In this document: piece by piece, positions 18,265 through 25,864 of the stretch
Position numbering within the stretch: position 1 is the first letter of the stretch
How the letters are laid out: each line of letters begins with the position of its first letter
Source: Kiloniellaceae bacterium
GTDB taxonomy: Bacteria > Pseudomonadota > Alphaproteobacteria > Kiloniellales > Kiloniellaceae
NCBI GenBank assembly: GCA_021776145.1
Contig: JAJFGM010000569.1
Coordinates: 1 to 49,899, forward strand
Reading direction: 5' to 3'
Length of the DNA stretch: 49,899 nt
Translations under genes and position numbers: made by a program
Notes under the pieces: model-generated
What the model saw: only the letters and a program-made list of their open reading frames with translations
Told to the model about the DNA's origin: nothing
Databases searched by the model: none

Positions 18265-20073
18265 CTATTCGAATGGCCGCCCAAAATAGACCAGTGCCCA
18301 TAGTGCCAGCAGATAGACACTCACCAGCGACTGTATCCCCGAGACGACGCGCACCCAGCCTCTTGGCCGCAGGGTGTATTCTCGCGACTGCAGCCGGAGG
18401 ATCCAGTTCCCAACGTTGAGATCTCGCCAGCCGATATGGAAGGCCGAAAGGACGCTGAAATATAGGCCGTACCAGAAAATCGCGAGCAAGTTGTTGCGGT
18501 GGAATCGATCGACGATTGCGTCTTCTGCCAACACCGTGCCCTCTTCGGTCTTGCTGTCTTCGTCCAATCTCCCTTCCGGCCAAACCTGGAATAATCCGCC
18601 CCGGCCGGAATGCTTCGGCGATTGGGCAATGGGGTAGGTGTAAACACACCAAAAGACCAGGATCAGGAACCCGAGTATTTCTATCGGCCGCCCCGGGGAA
18701 TACCCCCAATCGCTCGTGAGTTCGAACAAAGTGTAGCTGAAAGCGCTTTCGATGGTAGGCGCTTTGCGCCGTTCGTTCCGCTTGATCAAAAAGGTCAGGT
18801 ATCTTTCTGCCTCCCGATCACCCGCCTCTTTGAGCTTCTTGCGGACTGTCACAAGCCCTTCCGGGAAATCAGCCGATCCCAGGGGCTCGAAGGCTGCGAG
18901 ATCCAGTAAATCCACGCCTACCAAAGAGGCATTGCTGAGTAGAGAGCCAGAGAAGATCGCGGCGGCGAGTTTGCTGTACTGTAAGTTCGCGCCTCTAAAG
19001 TCGGTATTGCTCAGATTCGTGTCTATGAGGTTGGCAGATTCGAGGGTGGCGTTCTGCAGCTCGGCGCGCTGCAGGTTGGCCTTTTGCAGCTCCGCGCCGG
19101 ATAGATCGGCCTTTTGCAGATTGGTGAAGCTCAGGTTGGCCATTTGCAGATTTGCGCGGAATAGGTTGGCCTCCTGCAAGTTGGCGAGGCTCAGGTTAGC
19201 CTCTTGCAATCTGGCGAGCTCTAGGTTGGCCTTCTGCAGATTGGCCTCGAATAGGATCGCCCCTAGCAGATCGGCGCGGCGGAGGTCGGCCTTTAGCAAC
19301 ACGGCTTCATCTAAGTCGGCATTCTGCAGGTTTGCGAAGCGCAGGTCGGCCTCTTGCAGGTTGGTGCGGCTCAGGTTGGCCTTTTGGAGTATTGTGCGCT
19401 GCAGGCTGGAATTTTCCAGATCGGCGTGCTGCAGGGCGGCCTTTTTCAGATTGGCGCTGAATAGGTTGGCCTCTCGTAGATTGGCGAAGAATAGGTTGGC
19501 CTCTTGCAGATTGGCGCCGCTCAAGTTGGCGTTTTGCAAGTCGGTGAAGCTCAGGTTGGTCTTTTTCAGGTCGGCGCGGGTCAGGTTGGTCTTCTGCAGG
19601 TTGGCCTTGAATAGGATCGCCCCTAGTAGGTCGGCGCGGAATAGGTTGGCCTCTTGCAGATTGGCGCCGCTCAGGTTGGCCTCTTGCAGATTGGCGCCGC
19701 TCAAGTTGGCGTTTTGCAAGTCGGTGAAGCTAAGGTTGGCCTTTTTCAGGTCGGCGCCGATCAGGTTGGTCTCTTGCAGATTGGCGCGGCTCAAGTTGGC
19801 GCCGCAAAGAATGGCCCGACCTGCTTTTGCGGAACCCTTCGACCAGTCTAAGTGGGCCTCAAGAATTGATTTCAGTTCTTGCGGGGTGATTCCTCTTCCA
19901 GCATAAGGACACTGTTCGTCCTTTGAATCGGCGCTCACTGTCGGCCCGGTGAAGCCGAACAAACCCGTCAAGATAACGGCAGCGCCAACGGCCGCTAAAA
20001 TCTGACGTTTCCACCGATGCTTCACATCACACTCCAGTGCGTGGCGTTCTTCGACCCTCGAAGCAAACCACAC
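18265..20073 (-). CDS. Pentapeptide-repeat protein with N-terminal membrane anchor/signal and C-terminal channel-like module
   Basis: 602 aa. N-terminal hydrophobic ILAAVGAAVILTGLFGF. About 60 canonical A(N/D)Lxx pentads (ANLQEANLSGANLQEANL...). The C-terminus has TSDWGYSPGRPIEILGFLILVFWCVY, LYFSVLSAFHIGWRDL and a final TM helix, IQSLVSVYLLALWALVYF. Its stop lies 7 nt from the stop of the convergent gene. Confidence 0.9.
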   Translation of the reverse strand: MWFASRVEERHALECDVKHRWKRQILAAVGAAVILTGLFGFTGPTVSADSKDEQCPYAGRGITPQELKSILEAHLDWSKGSAKAGRAILCGANLSRANLQETNLIGADLKKANLSFTDLQNANLSGANLQEANLSGANLQEANLFRADLLGAILFKANLQKTNLTRADLKKTNLSFTDLQNANLSGANLQEANLFFANLREANLFSANLKKAALQHADLENSSLQRTILQKANLSRTNLQEADLRFANLQNADLDEAVLLKADLRRADLLGAILFEANLQKANLELARLQEANLSLANLQEANLFRANLQMANLSFTNLQKADLSGAELQKANLQRAELQNATLESANLIDTNLSNTDFRGANLQYSKLAAAIFSGSLLSNASLVGVDLLDLAAFEPLGSADFPEGLVTVRKKLKEAGDREAERYLTFLIKRNERRKAPTIESAFSYTLFELTSDWGYSPGRPIEILGFLILVFWCVYTYPIAQSPKHSGRGGLFQVWPEGRLDEDSKTEEGTVLAEDAIVDRFHRNNLLAIFWYGLYFSVLSAFHIGWRDLNVGNWILRLQSREYTLRPRGWVRVVSGIQSLVSVYLLALWALVYFGRPFE

Positions 20074-20263
20074 TCTGACGCTCTAGTGCTAGCCACTTTC
20101 AACCAATAGGGGTGTGATCATTCGTACAGCCTAACGCGCCCATCTCAACTACGCCCGCTCCACCTTTCGCGGCCTCCCTTCCCGCCGGGCCGCGGGCCGA
20201 AAAATCGACGCCGCAATTCCCCTTGACTTCCATGAACTCTATTGACAATCTCTCACCACGTTG

Positions 20264-20304
20264 AAAAGCGCCCGGCCGGAGTGAAGATCCGCCGGGCGCT
20301 TTTG
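20264..20304. terminator. Bidirectional-looking intrinsic terminator in the 435-bp spacer
   Basis: aaaagcgcccggc...gccgggcgcttttg: 10-bp perfect stem (20267-20276 / 20291-20300) flanked by an A-run and a T-run. Confidence 0.5.
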
Positions 20305-20508
20305 TGTCTGGCCGGCGTGTATCGCGCGGGCCTGTCTCCACGTTCGAAGCGACAAACCACCGACGGCCGCTCGCTTCCGCGACGCGGCCGTCGACGCCTT
20401 TTTTTGTTTAGGATAAGTTGGGCATTCGTTGAACCAAGACGGTTGCTAATCTGTAATGACGCGGCAACGCTAGTCAGATGGAACGGACAGGGCTTGGAGG
20501 TAAGCACG

Positions 20509-21171
20509 ATGGCCGATAGCGGTGCAGCATTCTGGGCCGCCTTAGCCGCGTCATTCTCGGCGATCGCATCTGTCTCGATCTTTTTCGTTCAGCGACAAAA
20601 CCTGATCCAGTCAATCCGACCTGAAATTGATCTGCTTGACGTGAGTAGGCCAGAGGAAAGCAATGAACTCGTTTTCAAAAAGATTAAGAACATCGGCAGA
20701 GGCACGGCCCAAAGTATCCTGATTAATTCACTGGCTCTGCGTGGAACCGCACACTTATCGACCATTCATGTTCCAATCCTAGCAGCCGGCGACGAAGCGC
20801 AGGTTGATGCGAATCTTCGCTTTTATTGGAACAACGTTGAGCAAACGTCTGATAACAAGACAATTCCAGTGGCCATTAAGATTTCTTACTTGGATACAAG
20901 CGGTAATCGCTACGAGACAAGATACAATCTCCTAGCGTTTCAGTCGGTAGAGAAGACCATAATCGCTTGGTCGGTGGCGGCCCCGGGAGTATTGCTGGAC
21001 GACCGTACGACTATTAGGAAGTCTATGCGATTTCTGAAGTTTTCGGCTTGGCTTCAGCGAAGAATCACGAAGATCGGATACAGATACCCGCGGTTCAAAA
21101 ACATATATGAACGAGTTCACATACTCCTCTCCGAAACAAAGCGCCGAATTCGTTCAGCCTTAATTGGCTGA
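20509..21171 (+). CDS. Membrane-anchored hypothetical protein (N-terminal TM plus beta-rich domain)
   Basis: 220 aa from the ATG at 20509, with a GGAGG RBS at 20496-20500. N-terminal FWAALAASFSAIASVSIFFV. Low GC. The longer ORF from 20242 is Arg-rich upstream junk. Confidence 0.6.
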   Translation: MADSGAAFWAALAASFSAIASVSIFFVQRQNLIQSIRPEIDLLDVSRPEESNELVFKKIKNIGRGTAQSILINSLALRGTAHLSTIHVPILAAGDEAQVDANLRFYWNNVEQTSDNKTIPVAIKISYLDTSGNRYETRYNLLAFQSVEKTIIAWSVAAPGVLLDDRTTIRKSMRFLKFSAWLQRRITKIGYRYPRFKNIYERVHILLSETKRRIRSALIG

Positions 21172-21355
21172 CCGAAGTACCCAGTCGACCCATTAAAACC
21201 GAGGTGGGTCCTTCCAGCGCCGTCGCAGTGCTAAGCGGGGCGGCAGCGCGACGCAAAGGCGCGGTTTCCAAGGTTCGGGTTCTTTCACTTTTCGTTTCTT
21301 CTGATGTCCAGCAGAGCGGGCGGCTATCTCATCCCACGGACAATGAGCGGCCCTG

Positions 21356-21964
21356 ATGTTCGTCCTCGAATTCAAGGAGACCTTCGACAAGGTGGGGCGA
21401 CAGCTCGGCGTTCTCGAACGCCAAGAGATTCCATTCGCCATCGCCAGAACGCTGACCGAGATCGCCATCGAGGCGCGCGACGAAGAGCGCAGCCAGGCGC
21501 GGCGGCGCTTTACCCTGCGCAACAAGTGGGTCGAGCGCGGCATACAGGCGAGGAGCGCCACAAAGCGCGATCTGACCGCCGAGGTCGGCTCGCGCGACTG
21601 GTTCATGGCCGAACAGGAGACCGGAGCCCAGCGCCGGCCTCGCAGGGCCAGCGTCATCGCCGTGCCTATCGAGGTGCGGCCGAGCCTTAAACAGCGAGTC
21701 CTCCGGTCCAAGTTTCCGAGCCGGCTCGTCAAGAAGAAGAACGTCTTTTTCGGTACGCTGCGCGGTGGCCAAAAGGCCCTGTTGCAACGCAAGACCAAGA
21801 AACGCCTACCCCTGCGGCTGCTCTATGTCTTCAAGCCGCAGATTCCGATCCCGCCGCGCTTCGGCTTCCAGGCCGATGTCGAGCGGCTGGCCCTGAAACG
21901 CATATCGAAAATCTTCGGCCGCAACCTGGCCATAGGCATCGCCCAGGCGCGGCGCCGAGCTTGA
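21356..21964 (+). CDS. Hypothetical phage protein preceding the packaging genes
   Basis: 202-aa basic protein. GC returns to phage level. No secure family call. Confidence 0.55.
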   Translation: MFVLEFKETFDKVGRQLGVLERQEIPFAIARTLTEIAIEARDEERSQARRRFTLRNKWVERGIQARSATKRDLTAEVGSRDWFMAEQETGAQRRPRRASVIAVPIEVRPSLKQRVLRSKFPSRLVKKKNVFFGTLRGGQKALLQRKTKKRLPLRLLYVFKPQIPIPPRFGFQADVERLALKRISKIFGRNLAIGIAQARRRA

Positions 21965-22089
21965 CCCAACGACCGGCCGGTGGCGGGTCCTTCCTGGCAT
22001 GTCGCCAGGTCGCGAGTATTGAGCACCCCGATTCGTGGGTCTGGCTGAGTAAAAAAGTGGCGGCATGTTGTTGTTAATGTTGATGTTGC

Positions 22090-22704
22090 GTGAAGAGGAA
22101 AGACAGCGGACCGATGAGTGACGGCGGCGGCGACATGGCCTTGCGGGTCAACAAGAAGGAACTGGCGAAGCTGCTCGGTTATCAGAGCACCAACGCCGTC
22201 GACCGCCTGCTTGAGCGCTATCCCGACTTCCCGATCGTCGAGCGCGGCAGCAACGGCCGCGACTATGTTTTCGACGTCGAGAATGTGAAGGCCTGGCGCG
22301 CCGCGCAGCTCGAGGCCGAGCGGCGGGCGGCGGCGGAGCGGGAAGACCTGCTCGGTCAGTCGAGCCTGCCGGGGATGAGCGACGCCGCCGAGAAGGGCCT
22401 GAGCGGGTCGCAGCAACTGAACTTCATCAAGGCCAAGCGCGAGGAGCACAAACTCGGCCTCGAAACCGGCCTGCTGGTGTCGACGGCGGAGCTGCGCTTC
22501 GAGTTGGACCGGGCTTTCACGCGGCTGGCGCAGCGGCTCGACGCCCTGCCGGAGAACCTAGCGCGCCGCTTCAGGCTCTCGCCGGAGATCGTCCACGCGA
22601 TCCGCGAGGACCTCGAGGCTTGGCGCAAGGAGCAGGTCGCCGACCTGGGCGAGCTGATGCGCCGCGACGACGAGGAGGCCCCGCGCCGTGCCGCAGCAGA
22701 GTGA
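22090..22704 (+). CDS. Terminase small subunit (Nu1-like HTH)
   Basis: LRVNKKELAKLLGYQSTNAVDRLLERYPDFPIVERGSNGRDYVFDVENVKAW matches the Nu1-type N-terminal HTH. Directly upstream of and overlapping terL. Alternative ATG starts at 22114 and 22135. Confidence 0.75.
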   Translation: MKRKDSGPMSDGGGDMALRVNKKELAKLLGYQSTNAVDRLLERYPDFPIVERGSNGRDYVFDVENVKAWRAAQLEAERRAAAEREDLLGQSSLPGMSDAAEKGLSGSQQLNFIKAKREEHKLGLETGLLVSTAELRFELDRAFTRLAQRLDALPENLARRFRLSPEIVHAIREDLEAWRKEQVADLGELMRRDDEEAPRRAAAE

Positions 22705-24733
22705 CGCCCTGGCCTTCGCCGACCCGCGCGCCGTCATCGCGGACGCGCTCGCCGCGCTGCTGCCGGCCGAGCCGATCGGCGTCGGTGCCTTCGCCGAACA
22801 GCACCGCGCGATCCTCAACCCCGGCGGCTATAGCGGCGCCTTCACCTTCGAGCCCGTTCCCTACCTGCGCGGGCCGCACGACGCCTTGATCGATCGGCGC
22901 TTCGACACCGTGGCGCTGGTCGGCCCGGGCCAGTCGGCCAAGACCACGACGGCGGAGAACTGGCTGTTGCACACGGTCTGCGTCAAACCGGCAAAAATGT
23001 TGTGGTTCATGCAGGACGACAAGGCGGTCGAGGCCTACGTGAAGGACGTCATCGACCCGATGATCAACGGCCACGACATGCTTCGCTCGCGTCTCGGCCT
23101 GCGCCCCGTCGACGACAGCCTGCACTACAAGCGCTTTCGCGGCATGTCGGTCGAACTCTTGTCGGCGACCAAGGGCAACCTGATCTCGAAGAAGGGCGCC
23201 AGGATCATCGCCGACGAGATCGACGCCTGGAAAGCCGAACTCGGCAACCCGCTCGACCTGCTCGACGTGCGCCGCCAGGCGCAGGGGACCGACACGACGA
23301 TCTTCGCGCTGTCGCACCCCGACCGCGCCGGCGGCCAAGCCGAGAAGGACTGGAACGCGGGCATTATGGCGATCTACCGGGACTCGACCCGCTGCCGTTG
23401 GTGGTGGCCTTGCGACGAATGCCGCGAATGGTCGTCACCTTGCCCGGGGGCCGAACGCTTCATGGAGCTGGTTTTCGACCGCCAGGGCGAGCTCGACGCC
23501 GTTGCCGCCTCGGCGCGGCTGCTGTGCCCCTGCTGCGGCGCGCTGCTCGACGACGCGGCGCGGATCCGGATGAACCGCGCCGGCAAGTGGGCCGGTCGCG
23601 GCCAGTTGGTGCGCCGCGACGGGACGATCGAGGGCGATCTGATCGCCCATCAGGTCGCGGGCTACTGGGTTGTCGGCGTCATGTCGGAGTTCACCAAGGA
23701 CGGCCTCGGCGGCCTGGCGCGGGCTCGCGTTGCCGCCGAACGGCTCTTCGAGGCCGAGAGCGATGCGACAACCCTCAAGGAGGTCATCTGCAAACGCTGG
23801 GGCTTTCCCTTCGACCCGCCCAAGCCGCCGGGCGCCTTGGACCCGGAAGTCCTGGCGGCGCGCGCCGAGGACTACGACCTCAAGGTCGTGCCCGAGGGCG
23901 TGCGGTTTCTCACCGCCGCCTGCGACGTGCAGAAAGGCAAATTCGTTATCCAGGTCGAGGGTTGGGGGCGCGACCTCGAGCGCTGGATCGTCGACCGCTT
24001 CGACGTCGTCAAGTCGCGCCGCCTGGATGCCGACGGCGACCCGCTGCCGCTCGATCCCGCCGGCTTCAGCGAGGACTGGTGTGTCCTGGAGGAACACCTC
24101 CTGTCCCTGGTCTATCCCCTGGCCGATGGCTCGGGCCGCTTCATGAAGATCCGCACGGCCGCGGCCGACAGCGGCGGCGAGGACGGGGTGACCAGCAACG
24201 CCTATGCGGCCTGGCGCCTTTTCCGGCGCCTCCGCATGGGTGCCCGCTTCACTTTGATGAAGGGCACGGGCGCGCCCTCGGCACCGCGCGTGGCCATGTC
24301 CTACCCGGACTCCAAACGCAAGGATCACCACGCCGGCGCGCGCGGCGAGATCCCGGTCTTCTTCGTCTCGTCGCTCTTGATGGGCGACGCCCTGGCCAAC
24401 GACCTGCAGCGCCCGGCGCCGGGCCCGCGCTACATCCACTTCTCGCGCGAGTTGCCGCCAGCCTTCTTCGAGGAGTATTGCGCCGAGCAGCGCGACAAGA
24501 ACGGCTGGTCGAGGAAGGGCGCGACGCGCAACGAGTCCTGGGACCTTTCGAAGTACAACCACGCGCTGGCGATCCTGCTGAAGGGCGAGCGTATCGACTG
24601 GTCGAGGCCCCCGCCCTGGGCCGCGCCCTGGGACGAGAACAGCGAGGTTTTCTTGCCCGAGATGGACAAGGATCCGACCACAGCCGCGAACGCCGTGCGC
24701 GAGCGGCAATCCCTAAGCGACATTTTGGCGTAA
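22688..24733 (+). CDS. Terminase large subunit (lambda GpA family)
   Basis: 681 aa. Walker A-like VALVGPGQSAKTT, a CxxC...CxxC zinc motif (CDECREW...CPCCG), and typical GpA size and position. Confidence 0.92.
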   Translation: MPQQSDALAFADPRAVIADALAALLPAEPIGVGAFAEQHRAILNPGGYSGAFTFEPVPYLRGPHDALIDRRFDTVALVGPGQSAKTTTAENWLLHTVCVKPAKMLWFMQDDKAVEAYVKDVIDPMINGHDMLRSRLGLRPVDDSLHYKRFRGMSVELLSATKGNLISKKGARIIADEIDAWKAELGNPLDLLDVRRQAQGTDTTIFALSHPDRAGGQAEKDWNAGIMAIYRDSTRCRWWWPCDECREWSSPCPGAERFMELVFDRQGELDAVAASARLLCPCCGALLDDAARIRMNRAGKWAGRGQLVRRDGTIEGDLIAHQVAGYWVVGVMSEFTKDGLGGLARARVAAERLFEAESDATTLKEVICKRWGFPFDPPKPPGALDPEVLAARAEDYDLKVVPEGVRFLTAACDVQKGKFVIQVEGWGRDLERWIVDRFDVVKSRRLDADGDPLPLDPAGFSEDWCVLEEHLLSLVYPLADGSGRFMKIRTAAADSGGEDGVTSNAYAAWRLFRRLRMGARFTLMKGTGAPSAPRVAMSYPDSKRKDHHAGARGEIPVFFVSSLLMGDALANDLQRPAPGPRYIHFSRELPPAFFEEYCAEQRDKNGWSRKGATRNESWDLSKYNHALAILLKGERIDWSRPPPWAAPWDENSEVFLPEMDKDPTTAANAVRERQSLSDILA

Positions 24734-24750
24734 GGAACGAGAGGATTGAG

Positions 24751-25500
24751 TTAGGGCTGATTTCTCGGATTGGGAATGCAAGCATCTGTGAGCGAGCGCC
24801 CAAGAGGCATCAGTTTGAGTTCCATGACCCTTCTTACACTAGTTTGTTTGCCGCTGGCATCGAAGATCGGTTCCTGAGGCTCTATAATTTCGTAACAGGC
24901 GAGGCCCAAATGATACAAATGTTCAGTATAGAAATTCAAATTGACTGGGACAAAAAGCCGATCTAACGGAAAATCATATGGGATCTCTACTTTGAGATTT
25001 GTCCAATAGGACGCTTTTGATGATTTATTTCGTTCTGGGTTTATATCGAGTGTTTCTGTTTGTTTGTATGTACGCGTTCTTAGGAGTTCTAATATGATCG
25101 CCTCGTCGCTTGAAAGCTGACTTATTAACACCGGAAAGGACGGGTGCGCCTTACCATAGTTCTCGCGATCCATCGAACCGCTGAGAAGATTGCTAAACAT
25201 CTCATCAATTGGCGTATCTTCGGGCTCATAGCGTATACCTTCTAGCGACGGCCCTAAGATTTGCGGTGGCGGTGAAACTCTTCTCTCTTCTGGAATTTTG
25301 CGAACTGATTTTTCAAGAAAGCGTCGGTATCTATCTTGACTAGCGGACGCATATTGAAGAAAAAACAAGGCAACCCTTATTGTCTTTGCGCTATCCTCTA
25401 ACAAATGTCCAACTTGTTTAACCACCGGCCTCGCCAAGTCATCATAGATTGATTTAACAGGTAAGATCTTTGCCAGTGATGTGATCGGATCGTCGGTCAT
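24751..25500 (-). CDS. Abi-alpha (DUF4393)-like protein; low-GC cargo gene between terL and gpW
   Basis: 249 aa from the ATG at 25500, with a GGGAGG upstream (the ORF track starts at a TTG at 25518). SPPPQILGPSLEGIRYEPEDTPIDEMFSNLLSGSM...HPSFPVLISQLSSDEAIILELL is the family signature. Opposite strand to the late operon. Confidence 0.7.
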   Translation of the reverse strand: MTDDPITSLAKILPVKSIYDDLARPVVKQVGHLLEDSAKTIRVALFFLQYASASQDRYRRFLEKSVRKIPEERRVSPPPQILGPSLEGIRYEPEDTPIDEMFSNLLSGSMDRENYGKAHPSFPVLISQLSSDEAIILELLRTRTYKQTETLDINPERNKSSKASYWTNLKVEIPYDFPLDRLFVPVNLNFYTEHLYHLGLACYEIIEPQEPIFDASGKQTSVRRVMELKLMPLGRSLTDACIPNPRNQP

Positions 25501-25648
25501 AGCATAGAAGCCTCCCAATCATTCTCTTACAGAACCGTTTCTGGGACTCTAAGCGCAACAGGTCAATCTTGCCATAAAGGTCGCCGCGTTTCTAGCCGCC
25601 CGGCAAAGCATGTTCGTCATCAAAGAAAACCAACCTGCGTAGGTATTC

Positions 25649-25864
25649 ATGACCGATGCCGCGACCCTACAAGCGCGCCTGGCGGAAGCCGAGGACGCGC
25701 TGCACCGCTTGGAAATGGGCGAGTCCGTCGTCTCGGTTTCGACCGGTGACCGCAGCGCGAACTATGGCCGGGCCGATGCGCCTCGACTGCGCGCCTACAT
25801 CCACGAGCTGAAATGCGCGCTTGGCCTGGTGCCGCGCCGCCGCGCGCTGCGGGTGAGTCTCTGA
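25649..25864 (+). CDS. Head-tail joining protein (lambda gpW-like)
   Basis: 71 aa. LQARLAEAEDALHRLEMGESVVSV...YGRADAPRLRAYIHELK is the gpW pattern. Sits between terminase and portal as in lambda. Confidence 0.75.
   Translation: MTDAATLQARLAEAEDALHRLEMGESVVSVSTGDRSANYGRADAPRLRAYIHELKCALGLVPRRRALRVSL

Noticed and set aside
18752-19906. 384-aa plus-strand ORF antisense to the pentapeptide gene. The same applies to 16334..16903 and 17012..17254, antisense to the other pentapeptide gene.
   Set aside because: The periodic repeat DNA keeps several frames open. The translations (RLASCRLA..., SPNFA...) are low-complexity mirrors of the real ANLxx / xFGxx repeats.
20242-20508. N-terminal extension of the TM-protein ORF (track start 20242).
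   Set aside because: The extension is Arg-rich, crosses two terminator-like hairpins and has no RBS. The ATG at 20509 has a GGAGG at proper spacing and starts with a clean TM helix.
25813-25863. Upstream start for the portal gene (track start 25813).
   Set aside because: It would overlap the gpW coding region by 52 nt. The ATG at 25864 forms the usual TGATG stop-start junction.
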